NCBI GenBank assembly: GCA_036918135.1
Contig: JBALDB010000015.1
Span: forward strand, 32,001-96,000
Reading direction: 5' to 3'
Source: Nostoc sp.
GTDB taxonomy: Bacteria; Cyanobacteriota; Cyanobacteriia; Cyanobacteriales; Nostocaceae
DNA: 64,000 nucleotides
Shown here one piece after another: positions 30,794 to 41,312 of the stretch. Within the stretch, counting starts at the first letter, position 1. Each line of letters opens with the position of its first letter. Below the pieces are notes generated by a model, which searched no databases, was not told the DNA's origin, and worked only from the letters and a program-made list of their open reading frames with translations. The position numbers and the translations under genes were made by a program.

Positions 30794-30866
30794 TGGAGCT
30801 AAGCGGATTCGAACCGCTGACCCCCTCAATGCCATTGAGGTGCTCTACCAACTGAGCTATAACCCC
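30794..30866 (-). tRNA. tRNA-Ala(GGC)
   Basis: Reverse complement GGGGTTATAGCTCAGTTGGTAGAGCACCTCAATGGCATTGAGGGGGTCAGCGGTTCGAATCCGCTTAGCTCCA; cloverleaf, G3:U70, anticodon GGC, CCA not encoded. Confidence 0.97.
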
Positions 30867-30959
30867 TTACAGTGCGTCATATACCTTAACCTATTTATCG
30901 CTGCTTTGTCAAGCTTTTGCTATGAGACTTAAATTATCTCTCATATTATTTAGCCCTTT

Positions 30960-31151
30960 CTAGGACACTTGCAACAAATAGGTCATACAGTGACCCATTA
31001 AAAAGTAGACTACTAACATAGCAGCAGCAGCCAAAGCAACCAATGTACCAGCCAGCATCAAAGAGAATTCCTTATTCTCGTAGGCTCTTTCCATGAGGTG
31101 CAGTGACCATGCTACTAGGGCGACATCAAAAAGTAAAATAGGAAGCAACAT
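30960..31151 (-). CDS. Small two-TM hypothetical protein (63 aa)
   Basis: ATG start, two hydrophobic helices, fills the gap between tRNA and hisF. Confidence 0.7.
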   Translation of the reverse strand: MLLPILLFDVALVAWSLHLMERAYENKEFSLMLAGTLVALAAAAMLVVYFLMGHCMTYLLQVS

Positions 31152-31250
31152 ATTTATTAATATTTATTAATACATGTAAACCAATCTTAACATCCTTTTG
31201 ATTAAGTGTGTCTAACCTCAGATAGATGCGATGAATTTATAAACAATCAA

Positions 31251-32024
31251 TTAGGAACACAAGCGTACAGGTAAATGGCGATCGCACAAATAATTTTTGA
31301 TTTGGGCGACACTTAATTGACCGTAATGTAAGAGCGATGCCAATAGTGCTGCTTCAGCTTTGCCTTCGGTTAGGGCTTCGTATATATGTTGGCAATTACC
31401 CGCCCCGCCAGAAGCAATAACTGGAATTTCTACAGCTTCTGCGATTGCCCGTGTTAACTCTAGGTCATATCCAGCTTGGGTTCCATCAGCATCCATACTT
31501 GTAATTAGCAGTTCTCCGGCCCCCCGTTTTTCAACTTCTTGTGCCCACAGTAGGGCATCTAAGCCTGTATTTTCCCTGCCACCACGTACATATACATCCC
31601 AACCTGGATTTTTCGGGTTGACTCTGCGTCTAGCATCAATAGCAACAACTATGCATTGATTGCCAAAGCGATCGCTTGCCCGATTAATCAAGTCTGGTTC
31701 GCGTACTGCTGCAGAATTAATACTAACCTTATCTGCTCCAGCTCGTAACAAAGCTTTAACATTTTCTAAGGATTGGATACCGCCACCTACAGTCAATGGA
31801 ATGAAGACTTGTTCAGCAGTGCGGTAAACAACATCTAAGATAATACCTCGGTCTTCATGAGTGGCTGTAATATCCAGAAATACTAACTCATCAGCACCGG
31901 CTTGGTTGTAAACCTTTGCTAGTTCTACAGGATCGCCTGCATCTTGCAAGTTGACAAAATTAACTCCTTTTACAACCCGTCCCGCCTTCACATCTAAGCA
32001 CGGTAAGATTCTTTTAGACAACAT
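31251..32024 (-). CDS. hisF: Imidazole glycerol phosphate synthase cyclase subunit
   Basis: [36 protein letters not shown]. Confidence 0.97.
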   Translation of the reverse strand: MLSKRILPCLDVKAGRVVKGVNFVNLQDAGDPVELAKVYNQAGADELVFLDITATHEDRGIILDVVYRTAEQVFIPLTVGGGIQSLENVKALLRAGADKVSINSAAVREPDLINRASDRFGNQCIVVAIDARRRVNPKNPGWDVYVRGGRENTGLDALLWAQEVEKRGAGELLITSMDADGTQAGYDLELTRAIAEAVEIPVIASGGAGNCQHIYEALTEGKAEAALLASLLHYGQLSVAQIKNYLCDRHLPVRLCS

Positions 32025-32206
32025 AGTAATTTTTGTACTTCTAGGTAATTGGCCGGAATTTAAATTTTAAATTGGCGCGGGTATGCACAAACGAAAATTT
32101 TCACAGATATAGAGTATGGGGCATTGGGCATTGGTTATTTCTCCCCCTGCCTCCCCTGCTCCCCCTGCTCCTCCACCCAGTCCCCTAAAAAGTAGATAGC
32201 TGAATT

Positions 32207-33307
32207 ATGGCGATAATCTCCTCGAAAAAACAGCCTCCAGAACCTAACAAAGAACCGAAACAGCGTCGGGAATCGGCGAAAGCAGCATCCACAAACAATA
32301 TTTTGCAAGCTGAAGCTGCTATTGATGAACAAGATAGGCAAGAAGAAAGTATTCGACCGCAGCGATTTACCGATTACATTGGGCAAAAAGATTTAAAGGA
32401 TGTACTAGACATTGCCATCAAAGCAGCTAAGTCTCGTGGTGAAGTGCTAGATCACTTGCTGCTATATGGACCGCCAGGATTGGGTAAAACCACAATGGCA
32501 ATGATTTTAGCATCGGAAATGGGGGTAAATTACAAAATTACCAGTGCCCCAGCGCTGGAACGTCCACGAGATATTATCGGGCTACTGGTCAACATGAAAC
32601 CAGGGGATATCTTATTCGTGGACGAAATTCACCGCCTCTCCCGGATGACAGAAGAAATTCTCTATCCAGCGATGGAAGATTATCGGTTAGATATTACTAT
32701 TGGTAAGGGTTCAAGCGCTCGGATTAGAAGTTTACCGCTGTCAAAGTTTACTTTAGTAGGAGCTACAACCCGCGTAGGTGCTTTAACCTCACCACTGCGC
32801 GATCGCTTCGGCTTAGTTCAAAAGCTGCGATTTTATGAAGTTGATGAACTGAGTAAAATTGTACTCCGAAGCGCTGAATTACTCAAAACCCCTGTTACAG
32901 AAGATGGTGCCGCAGAAATAGCGCGGCGATCGCGCGGTACACCACGGATTGCTAATAGACTACTCAAACGAGTACGTGATTATGCACAAGTAAAATTATC
33001 TGGAGAAATTACTGAAAGCGTTGCATCGGAAGCATTGCAACTATTCCAAGTAGACCCGTGTGGCTTAGATTGGACAGATCGGCAGATGCTCAGTGTAATT
33101 ATTGAACAATTTAACGGTGGGCCAGTAGGATTAGAAACAATGGCAGCCGCAACAGGTGAAGATACCCAAACAATTGAAGAGGTATACGAACCTTACCTGA
33201 TGCAAATTGGCTATTTAACTAGGACTCCTCGTGGCAGAATGGCGACAAAAGCAGCATACAAGCATTTGGGATTTACGCCACCTAGCGAACAATTGTCGTT
33301 ATTGTAA
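32207..33307 (+). CDS. ruvB: Holliday junction branch migration helicase RuvB
   Basis: [38 protein letters not shown]. Confidence 0.98.
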   Translation: MAIISSKKQPPEPNKEPKQRRESAKAASTNNILQAEAAIDEQDRQEESIRPQRFTDYIGQKDLKDVLDIAIKAAKSRGEVLDHLLLYGPPGLGKTTMAMILASEMGVNYKITSAPALERPRDIIGLLVNMKPGDILFVDEIHRLSRMTEEILYPAMEDYRLDITIGKGSSARIRSLPLSKFTLVGATTRVGALTSPLRDRFGLVQKLRFYEVDELSKIVLRSAELLKTPVTEDGAAEIARRSRGTPRIANRLLKRVRDYAQVKLSGEITESVASEALQLFQVDPCGLDWTDRQMLSVIIEQFNGGPVGLETMAAATGEDTQTIEEVYEPYLMQIGYLTRTPRGRMATKAAYKHLGFTPPSEQLSLL

Positions 33308-33346
33308 TTAGGGAAAATCAGGCAAAGAGGGAGTGCTGATTGTTGA

Positions 33347-33418
33347 ACGCCAGTTGCTACCCTTCGGGAACGCCAAGGGCGAACAAGCCGGTGAACCCGT
33401 CCAACGCACTGGCTCCTG
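33347..33418. repeat. Small dispersed repeat (acgccagttgcta...aacgcactggctc) with nested insert
   Basis: Related ends near 17136-17200, 39494-39533 (reverse) and 48715-48760 (reverse). Confidence 0.6.
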
Positions 33419-33503
33419 ATGACTGTTGAGTTAGGAATTATTTTCTTCCTCATCTCCCTCATCTTTCCATCTCCCCACTCCCCACCACTTACGGTAAATC
33501 CAG

Positions 33504-34310
33504 ATGATGAAGTTGATTGCTATTTTTCTTAGTTTGTTACTTGTGTTTGGCTGGGGTACACCAGTGATGGCACAATCTCAATTACCAAGTTTTACACCAG
33601 AGCAATTAAAACAAGGTGATGAGTGGGCAAATCAGGCTTTTGAAGCTACAAACAAGGGTGATTTTGCCACGGCTGAAACTTACTGGACAAAGATTATTGA
33701 GCAATTTCCGACGAATGCGGGGGCGTGGAGTAACCGAGGAAATTCGCGGGTAAGTCAGAATAAATTACAAGAGGCGCTGGCTGATTATAACAAAGCCATA
33801 GAACTTGCCCCAAATGCCACCGATCCTTATTTAAATCGAGGTGCGGCATTGGAAGGGTTGGGAAAATGGCAAGAGGCGATCGCAGATTATAATCATGTCC
33901 TAGAACTCGATCCTAACGATGCAATGGCATACAACAATCGCGGTAATGCTAAAGGTGGTTTAGGAAAATGGGATTTGGCGATTGCTGATTATAAAAAATC
34001 TAATCAGATAGCCCCGAATTTTGCTTTTGCTCGTGCTAATTACGCCCTCGCCCTTTACGAAACTGGGCAAACAGACCGAGCAATTCGGGAAATGCAAAAT
34101 ATCGTCCGCAAATATCCCAAATTTGCGGATATGCGTGCCGCCCTCACAGCTGCCTACTGGGTGAATGGAAAACAAGGGGAAGCCGAAAGTAACTGGGTAG
34201 CAGCTTATGGACTGGATAACCGTTATAAGGACATTAACTGGGTAAAAAATATCCGCCGTTGGCCTGCGAGTATGGTAGCAGCTTTAGATAAGTTTCTAAA
34301 ACTCCAGTAG
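33504..34310 (+). CDS. TPR protein with signal peptide
   Basis: AWSNRG, YLNRG, YNNRG TPR units; RRWP C-terminus. Confidence 0.9.
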   Translation: MMKLIAIFLSLLLVFGWGTPVMAQSQLPSFTPEQLKQGDEWANQAFEATNKGDFATAETYWTKIIEQFPTNAGAWSNRGNSRVSQNKLQEALADYNKAIELAPNATDPYLNRGAALEGLGKWQEAIADYNHVLELDPNDAMAYNNRGNAKGGLGKWDLAIADYKKSNQIAPNFAFARANYALALYETGQTDRAIREMQNIVRKYPKFADMRAALTAAYWVNGKQGEAESNWVAAYGLDNRYKDINWVKNIRRWPASMVAALDKFLKLQ

Positions 34311-34346
34311 GCAAGTTATAGGGAAAGTCATCTCAACAGGACTAGA

Positions 34347-37151
34347 TTAGCTAATACTTTGCTTTGCCAACACAGCAGGGCCAGCAGTAACGATTACGAT
34401 TTTATCTGGGTGGACTAACTCCCTAGCTGCTTGATTGACTTCCTCAAAGGTGACTTTCTGGATTTTTTGAGTGAAGGAGTACAATTCAACTCGATTTAGT
34501 CCGTAGATTTCATTCATTAAAATTGTATCTGTTAATTCCTCTGGGTTTGCCAAGGAAACATTGTAATTACCGATAAGGGTGCGTTTAGCTGTTTCTACTT
34601 CTAGCCCAGTGACCCCTTGTTGACGAATTTGCTGTAGTATTTGGCGGGTACTAGCGATCGCTTTAGTGTTATCTTCTGGACTAGTTTGCATCTCAATCAA
34701 AAATGTCCCCGCATTTTTCCCGATTAGGAAGTAGCTATAAATTCCATAGCTCAAACCTTGGCGATCGCGCACTTCTGTTCCCAGTCTACTAGATAGGGTA
34801 TCGCCTCCCAAAATCTGGTTCAACACTAAAACTGCGTAAAATCGAGGATCGTAACGGTTAATACCTGTGTAACCCATACAAGTCACAGCTTGGGCTTTAC
34901 CTGCTAAGACTCGGTTGACACTGACTATTTTCTCTGGCAATGACACTGTAGGATATTTCAATGTCGGTGCTTGAGCGCTAACTTGCCAGTCAGCAAATTT
35001 CGCTTCGATAAGCGATCGCACTGACTCTAACTCAAAATCTCCCACCACTACTAGCACCGTTGTGTCAGGACGATAATGTTTGGCTTTGAAATCAATCGCA
35101 TCCTGGTGTTTAATTCGCTGTAAACTCTTCTCTGTAGGAAAGGTATGTAAAGGATGTTTTTGCGGATAAATTGACTGAACAAATATTCTTCTGGCTACTT
35201 CTGAGGGTTCATCTAATTCTATTTGCAAATCGGTTAAAGTTTGTTGGCGATGCAGTTCTAACTCTTTAACTGGAAATGTACTACTTTTCAGCACATCTGC
35301 CAAAATTTCGATGAGTATCGGCAAATCTGGTGCTAAACTATCACCCTCAATCTGCACACCTTCAGGGTAGGCATGAAAGTCTAGACTTGCACCTCGTTCT
35401 GCCAAAGTTTTGGCAATTGTTAAGACATCCTTAGTTTTTGTGCCACTAAGCAAATTTTCTGCAACAAAAGCAGCCAATCCCGCTTGCTCATCTGAATCAA
35501 ATTCTGTCCCTGCTTGAATGTAGCCGCTCAGGGTAACGGTGGGAGTGCTACGATCGCTTAACAGCAACAGCCGCAGTCCGTTGTCAAATTTGAATTGCTG
35601 TGGTAGTATCTGGGCGATGTCTTCTACGGCAAGCAACACATTTGTTACTAAATCGTCAGCTGGTAAGTACTTCGCCACTTCAGTAACCAGCGCAGGTGCG
35701 ACAGCAGAGAAATTTTCTGTAGTTTGGGTTAAATCTGGTTTATCACCAACTTCTGTTGTTTGCTTATGAGTTGGTTCAAAAAAGCCCACTGTACGTGCTT
35801 GTTGTGTAAGATATTTGTTGATTACAGCTACAACGTCCGTTGGCTTCACAAAACTGACAGCTGCTAAATAACGGTCTGTATAGCGATAATCATTAGCAGT
35901 GGTTTCATCATGACCCAATTGCATTGCTTGAGAAGTGATATCGCGATTACTCAAAATGACATCTGCTGTTAACTGAGTTTTGGCTCGTTCCACTTCCTCT
36001 AATGTCACACCTTTTTTTGCTACATTGGCGATCGCACTGCTTAGCACTGAGTCAATTTTTTTTAAATCTTGTTTAGATGCAGCCGTCACCAACACCTCAT
36101 ACCAGCCAAATTCCCGCAAACTGGTAACGGATGCTGTAACTTCATGAGCTAAACCTGATTCCACCAACGCTTGATAAAGACGAGAATTCCGTCCCTCAGT
36201 CAAAATATAATCCATCACATCCAGTGCGGGTACATCCGGTTGATTAATATCTGGTAAGGGATAAACCGCCTGCAACAAGCGCCCTACTCCTGGTTCTCGT
36301 AATACTATGGGAGTGCTGTTAGGGGTAGCGGGGCGTTTAGCATGTACTGACTGTTTACTGTCGAGTGAGGAATTATTATTCTCTCCTGTGCTGCTCTGCT
36401 CCTGAAGCCCTCTACTTTTTACCTTTGCATTGCTCGTAATTCCCACTTCCTGAGGATACCGAGTTTCCCGTCTCCTAACTCCTAACTCCTCAGTTGTGAC
36501 TTTCTTTAGTAATTCGCCAAATATTTCTTTAACAATTTTCAGAGTATCTGCTGTTTGAAAATCTCCAACAATTACTAAGACAGCATTATCGGGAGTGTAG
36601 AAATTGCGGTAATATTTTTTTACTTGGTCAAGTTCAAATTTTTTGACATCATCTGTAGTTCCACCTACAGGTAATCCATAGGCATGATTGGGAAATACTG
36701 CTTGCATCACGGCGCGGTTAAGGCGATATTCTGGGCTATTTTCGTAACCTTGGAGTTCAGAAATTATTACCCGCTTTTCACTTGCTAGTTGTTCTGCTTC
36801 TATCTGGGAATTTTGCATTCTATCAGCTTCCAGCACCAAGAGTGCTTTGAGTTTGCTTCGTTCCACAGTCCCGTAATATGCAGTTTGGTCATAGCTGGTG
36901 AAAGCATTAGAGTCACTACCTAAAGCACTAAACAAACGTCCAAATTGAATCGGACGATTTTTTGTGCCTTTAAACATCATGTGTTCCAATTGGTGAGCAA
37001 TACCATTTACTCCCGCTTCCTCATTCCGCGAGCCTATTTTATACCACAATTGCACCGTTACCACTGGCGCACTATGCACTTCCTTTGTGAGGACAATTAA
37101 ACCATTTTCCAGTACTGTCTTGCGGACGTTTTCTGTCAGTGTTGAGGGCAT
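34347..37151 (-). CDS. M16 (pitrilysin-like) zinc peptidase, two-module
   Basis: HQLEH inverted zinc motif, NAFTSYDQT, VRDRQGLSY; start uncertain. Confidence 0.92.
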   Translation of the reverse strand: MPSTLTENVRKTVLENGLIVLTKEVHSAPVVTVQLWYKIGSRNEEAGVNGIAHQLEHMMFKGTKNRPIQFGRLFSALGSDSNAFTSYDQTAYYGTVERSKLKALLVLEADRMQNSQIEAEQLASEKRVIISELQGYENSPEYRLNRAVMQAVFPNHAYGLPVGGTTDDVKKFELDQVKKYYRNFYTPDNAVLVIVGDFQTADTLKIVKEIFGELLKKVTTEELGVRRRETRYPQEVGITSNAKVKSRGLQEQSSTGENNNSSLDSKQSVHAKRPATPNSTPIVLREPGVGRLLQAVYPLPDINQPDVPALDVMDYILTEGRNSRLYQALVESGLAHEVTASVTSLREFGWYEVLVTAASKQDLKKIDSVLSSAIANVAKKGVTLEEVERAKTQLTADVILSNRDITSQAMQLGHDETTANDYRYTDRYLAAVSFVKPTDVVAVINKYLTQQARTVGFFEPTHKQTTEVGDKPDLTQTTENFSAVAPALVTEVAKYLPADDLVTNVLLAVEDIAQILPQQFKFDNGLRLLLLSDRSTPTVTLSGYIQAGTEFDSDEQAGLAAFVAENLLSGTKTKDVLTIAKTLAERGASLDFHAYPEGVQIEGDSLAPDLPILIEILADVLKSSTFPVKELELHRQQTLTDLQIELDEPSEVARRIFVQSIYPQKHPLHTFPTEKSLQRIKHQDAIDFKAKHYRPDTTVLVVVGDFELESVRSLIEAKFADWQVSAQAPTLKYPTVSLPEKIVSVNRVLAGKAQAVTCMGYTGINRYDPRFYAVLVLNQILGGDTLSSRLGTEVRDRQGLSYGIYSYFLIGKNAGTFLIEMQTSPEDNTKAIASTRQILQQIRQQGVTGLEVETAKRTLIGNYNVSLANPEELTDTILMNEIYGLNRVELYSFTQKIQKVTFEEVNQAARELVHPDKIVIVTAGPAVLAKQSIS

Positions 37152-37428
37152 TATTATTTTTGTTAGCAAGCAAAACTTGTATTTTTATTTATATGTAAAT
37201 TAAAACTGTTTTCATTTATTTCAACCACAATCTTGCGTAGGGGTACAGCGGTATCCATTGGTGTCAATTCAATTTTTGAAAAAACTCGCCCTCACCTTGA
37301 AAAGGCTGATTCTTTATCTCTATTCCCTACCTATGCCGTAACAGTTTAAAAATCAAAGCAGATTACTATAGTTCGGCAACATTCCAGAAAAAGAATATAT
37401 TAGCAACAAAATTCATTAAAAAGTTAAA

Positions 37429-37857
37429 TTATGGCAGTTTTGCTAAAACACGAATAAATTCCAGAGGTAAGCCGTCAGTATCGGCAATAAAAAGAACTTC
37501 GTAAATGCGATCGCCTATTTGCTGTTGTGTTGGTTCTAATAATACCTTTAACGGTTGTAATTCTTCTGTTTTTAATACACGTTCTTGTAAACTTGTCAAC
37601 CAGCTAGGTAAATCTGCCGCGACCTCAGTTAAATCGAATGAGAGATGATAATATCCCACATAATGTTCGTCAGCAAATGCATTTGGGGCGGGTTTTGGTT
37701 CGGGAATTTGGATTAGTTCGATTCTGCCACCCAATCCTTCCATCCAGCAAGCTAGGGTGTAGCCTGTAGTAAAGCGTTCTGAAATTGTAAATCCTAAATG
37801 TTCGTAGAAAGCGATCGCTCGATGAATATTCGCTGTCCGAATAGAAGCGTGGTGCAT
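37429..37857 (-). CDS. VOC/glyoxalase family protein
   Basis: HHASIRT...FY..LGF, GYYHLSF, FIADTDGLPLEF. Confidence 0.88.
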   Translation of the reverse strand: MHHASIRTANIHRAIAFYEHLGFTISERFTTGYTLACWMEGLGGRIELIQIPEPKPAPNAFADEHYVGYYHLSFDLTEVAADLPSWLTSLQERVLKTEELQPLKVLLEPTQQQIGDRIYEVLFIADTDGLPLEFIRVLAKLP

Positions 37858-38014
37858 ATTTGTTCTTAGTCCTTGGTCATTTGTCAGTTGTCCTTTGCTG
37901 TAAAGTTACGATCGGGGATTTGGCTGGTCATAACTTTATACTTTGTCCTACATTATTCACTAATGACTAATACTTCGGGTTGGCTCAGTACAAGTGACAA
38001 ATGACCAATGACCA

Positions 38015-38527
38015 TTACTCAAATAACCTGAAATAAGGGTAGCGCACAGGGACACCAGGTTCTTTTTCCAAGTCAAAATTAATTACTTCCCAGCAGGGAT
38101 CTTCTGGAGGTTCGGGACTAAACTCTACGGGTAAACCGTACAATCGTGCAGCTGTTGCTTCTGGCTGTCCAGAACGCCAAGGTGTACTGCGTTCCAAGTA
38201 GCCACTCATCAATTCCTGATAGCGTCGAGCAATAATTACTCGTGTTGCTCGATAGCCTTGGGTATACAGCTTATCTAACGCTTCATGAATTTCAAACCGG
38301 ATACCATCAGGATGAGTATGCTGTCTATACCATTCATTATTCCACCGCCGCCAATGACGCCCTGATTGCAAATGGATCAACTCTCCATTTTTCGGGTTAG
38401 CTTCAAAAGCGCCATGACGCGGACATAAATAGGTATCTGTTAGTGTCAACGCCGGAATAGTCTGCCGACAGTGGGGACACTGTATTTCAGGGCCAAATAT
38501 TGGGTACTGCAAGCCTGGATTCATCAT
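38015..38527 (-). CDS. TIGR02652 family conserved cyanobacterial protein
   Basis: CPHCRQTIPALTLTDTYLCPRHG, QHTHPDGIRFEIHEALD. Confidence 0.85.
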   Translation of the reverse strand: MMNPGLQYPIFGPEIQCPHCRQTIPALTLTDTYLCPRHGAFEANPKNGELIHLQSGRHWRRWNNEWYRQHTHPDGIRFEIHEALDKLYTQGYRATRVIIARRYQELMSGYLERSTPWRSGQPEATAARLYGLPVEFSPEPPEDPCWEVINFDLEKEPGVPVRYPYFRLFE

Positions 38528-38828
38528 GAAGTGCGTACAAACATAATTTTGTCTTTACCAGCACTAAACACTAGTAGGTTGGGTTATACACTTCGGCTCC
38601 GCCACTTTGGGATATTTACTCACTGCAAGCTCAACAAATAAATCCTGGGTCGTGAGTTTTAAGTTTTTCATGAAGAATTCTCCTTGAACTCAACACTCAT
38701 CAGTACTTCGTTAAGCAACTCAGTACTCCTGAATCTAGAGGCTTGACGCTGTGATATCCTGGTTGTGCAACCAGCCTCAAAGGTTGGAGTTTCTCCAGTG
38801 TTCCTGGGTACCATACTAATATTCTATC

Positions 38829-39356
38829 GTGTCTACCGCTTCTTACTGGACATCTGTCGATTTTTCTCAAGCTGCCTTCATTGCAGCCAATGCTGTTGTT
38901 ATCGGTTCGGTAAACATAGCACCCAAAGTGAGCATTTGGTATGGAGCAGTGGTTAGGGGAGATGTTGAACGCATTGAAATTGGCGAATGCACGAATATTC
39001 AGGATGGGGCAATTTTACATTGCGATCCTGGTTTTCCCACAATCATAGAAGATCATGTGACGATAGGGCATCGTGCTGTGGTACATTCGGCTTACATTGA
39101 GCGTGGAAGTTTAATCGGCATTGGTGCAGTGATTTTAGACGGTGTACGAGTGGGTACTGGTAGCATTATTGGCGCTGGTGCAGTGGTAACTAAAAATATA
39201 CCCCCCTTATCCTTAGTTGTCGGCATTCCTGGCAAAGTACAACGCCAAGTAACAGAAGTTGAAGCCGCGGAACTCATCGAACACGCTAAGCGTTACGAAA
39301 AGTTAGCTTTAGTTCATGCAGGTAAAGGTACTGATATTGGCTTTGGCAAGGCTTAG
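38829..39356 (+). CDS. Gamma-carbonic anhydrase family hexapeptide-repeat protein
   Basis: [24 protein letters not shown]. Confidence 0.9.
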   Translation: MSTASYWTSVDFSQAAFIAANAVVIGSVNIAPKVSIWYGAVVRGDVERIEIGECTNIQDGAILHCDPGFPTIIEDHVTIGHRAVVHSAYIERGSLIGIGAVILDGVRVGTGSIIGAGAVVTKNIPPLSLVVGIPGKVQRQVTEVEAAELIEHAKRYEKLALVHAGKGTDIGFGKA

Positions 39357-39676
39357 GAGTAGGAGATGTGGTTCGACTTTGCGGTAGTTGAATCTCGACT
39401 TCGCTCGATTTCTACGTAGTCGAAACTCACCAACCGGGAGATGAGAAAGATGTTGATAGAGGAGAGAATAATAACTTTTCACTTAACAACAGTCAGTGCG
39501 TTGCGTATTTTCCCCCTGTACAAGCAACTGGCTCTCAACAGTTAACATTCGCCCTTTGACTAATAATTTAAACATTCTTTACATATCAATTGGGAAAAAT
39601 TGCCCACTTCAGCTAAAAATAAAAATGAGAGAAGTTGACAAAACTTTAATTTCTACTTAAAAGAGGGGTTCTAGAT

Positions 39677-39802
39677 ATGGATATCGATTTCCGTTTAGCC
39701 ATCGTTTTAGCACCAGTTGCTATTGCTGCTGGCTGGGCAGTGTTTAATATTGGTGCTGCGGCTTTAAGACAAATTCAAGGCTTTTTAGATAGGGAAGCCT
39801 AA
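39677..39802 (+). CDS. psbY: Photosystem II protein Y (41 aa; absent from ORF track)
   Basis: [41 protein letters not shown]; upstream GAGG RBS. Confidence 0.93.
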   Translation: MDIDFRLAIVLAPVAIAAGWAVFNIGAAALRQIQGFLDREA

Positions 39803-39827
39803 ATTAGGCTTAATATCATTACTTTCC

Positions 39828-39864
39828 AACCGACTGTTTCTCTTTACTAGGACAGTCGGTTTTA
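39828..39864 (+). terminator. Putative psbY terminator
   Basis: aaccgactgt...acagtcggtt followed by T-run. Confidence 0.7.
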
Positions 39865-39991
39865 TTCATAGTGAGCATTGGGAGTGCCGAGTTAGGAGTT
39901 ATTCTGCACCTAAAGCCCCTTTGCTTCCCATCTCCCTATTGCCCCTAATCCCCACTTCGTGGGGGCTTTGAGTTCCCCATTTACTCTTCTC

Positions 39992-41290
39992 GTGGATATC
40001 GATTCTGTAATCCAACCCTTGCAACGCTTTGGTGTCCATCTAGGACTCGATCGCATTGTCAATCTTTTGGCAAATCTTGGCAATCCCCATCACCAAGTTC
40101 CGGTAATTCACGTTGCTGGCACCAATGGAAAAGGTTCCGTTTGTGCTTATCTTTCCTCGGTACTCACTGAGACCGATTATCGTACAGGACGGTACACTTC
40201 TCCCCATTTAGTCCATTGGACGGAACGTATTTGTCTCAATGAACAGCCAATTTCATCTGAAGAACTAAAGCAATTATTCCAAACAGTCCAAGCCGCGATT
40301 CCTGCTAACGAACAATCACCAACTCAATTTGAAGTAATTACCGCAGCAGCTTGGTTGTATTTTGCCCAAGCTAAAGTTGATGTCGCAGTTGTAGAAGTCG
40401 GACTAGGAGGGCGCTTGGATGCTACCAATGTTTGTTTAAAACCGTTAGTGACAATTATCACTTCCATTAGCCGAGAACACTGGCAACAACTTGGCCCCAC
40501 GATTTCTGATATTGCTAGAGAAAAAGCGGGTATTCTCAAACCTGGATGTCCTGTTGTGGTTGGGCCATTGCCACCAGATGCCGAAGATGTGGTGCGATCG
40601 CGTGCTTTAGAATTAGAATGCCCAATTTTTACACCTCAACCCGCCCGTCAAATCTCCACAGAATCGGCGGAATATTTATCAATACAAAATTCAAAATTAA
40701 TTGAATATCCATTGGCGTTAGCCGGACAAATTCAATTAACTAATTCAGCTTTGGCTTTAGCTTGTTTGGAAATTCTCCAAAAACAAGGTTGGCAGATTTC
40801 TGAAGCAACCATCATTAACGGGATGGCGAAAACTCAATGGCCGGGGCGGATGCAATGGACTAGTTGGAAAAATCATCAATTATTACTTGATGGCGCTCAC
40901 AATCCCGCCGCAGCCCAAATTCTCCGTCAGTATGTCGATAGCTTAAATGCAGTCAACCATGAGCCAGTCAATTGGGTTATGGGAATGTTTTCCGATAAGG
41001 ATCATGCTGATATTTTTGCCGCACTGTTGCGGCCAGGCGATCGCCTTTCTTTAGTACCAATACCAGTAGAATCTTGGCCAGGTCGAACTTCTGCTGACCT
41101 AGATGAATTAGCCAATTTAGCTGACATTACCTGTCCAGAATTAAGCGATCGCCAAAAGTATCCAGATTTATTCACAGCATTAGAAGCCGTAATATCAACC
41201 GCTACCACAGACGATTTAATCGTTATATGTGGTTCGCTTTACTTAGTAGGCAATTTTTTAGCAACTACTAATATAATTAGTAAATCATAA
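39992..41290 (+). CDS. folC: Folylpolyglutamate synthase/dihydrofolate synthase
   Basis: HVAGTNGKGS, YTSPHL, EVGLGGRLDATN, LDGAHN, CGSLYLVG; GTG 39992 preferred. Confidence 0.95.
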   Translation: MDIDSVIQPLQRFGVHLGLDRIVNLLANLGNPHHQVPVIHVAGTNGKGSVCAYLSSVLTETDYRTGRYTSPHLVHWTERICLNEQPISSEELKQLFQTVQAAIPANEQSPTQFEVITAAAWLYFAQAKVDVAVVEVGLGGRLDATNVCLKPLVTIITSISREHWQQLGPTISDIAREKAGILKPGCPVVVGPLPPDAEDVVRSRALELECPIFTPQPARQISTESAEYLSIQNSKLIEYPLALAGQIQLTNSALALACLEILQKQGWQISEATIINGMAKTQWPGRMQWTSWKNHQLLLDGAHNPAAAQILRQYVDSLNAVNHEPVNWVMGMFSDKDHADIFAALLRPGDRLSLVPIPVESWPGRTSADLDELANLADITCPELSDRQKYPDLFTALEAVISTATTDDLIVICGSLYLVGNFLATTNIISKS

Positions 41291-41312
41291 TTACAAATTA
41301 CCAATTACAAAT

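Noticed and set aside
30512..30866. tRNA-Ala as an integration site
   Set aside because: No integrase and no duplicated tRNA 3' end seen in the window
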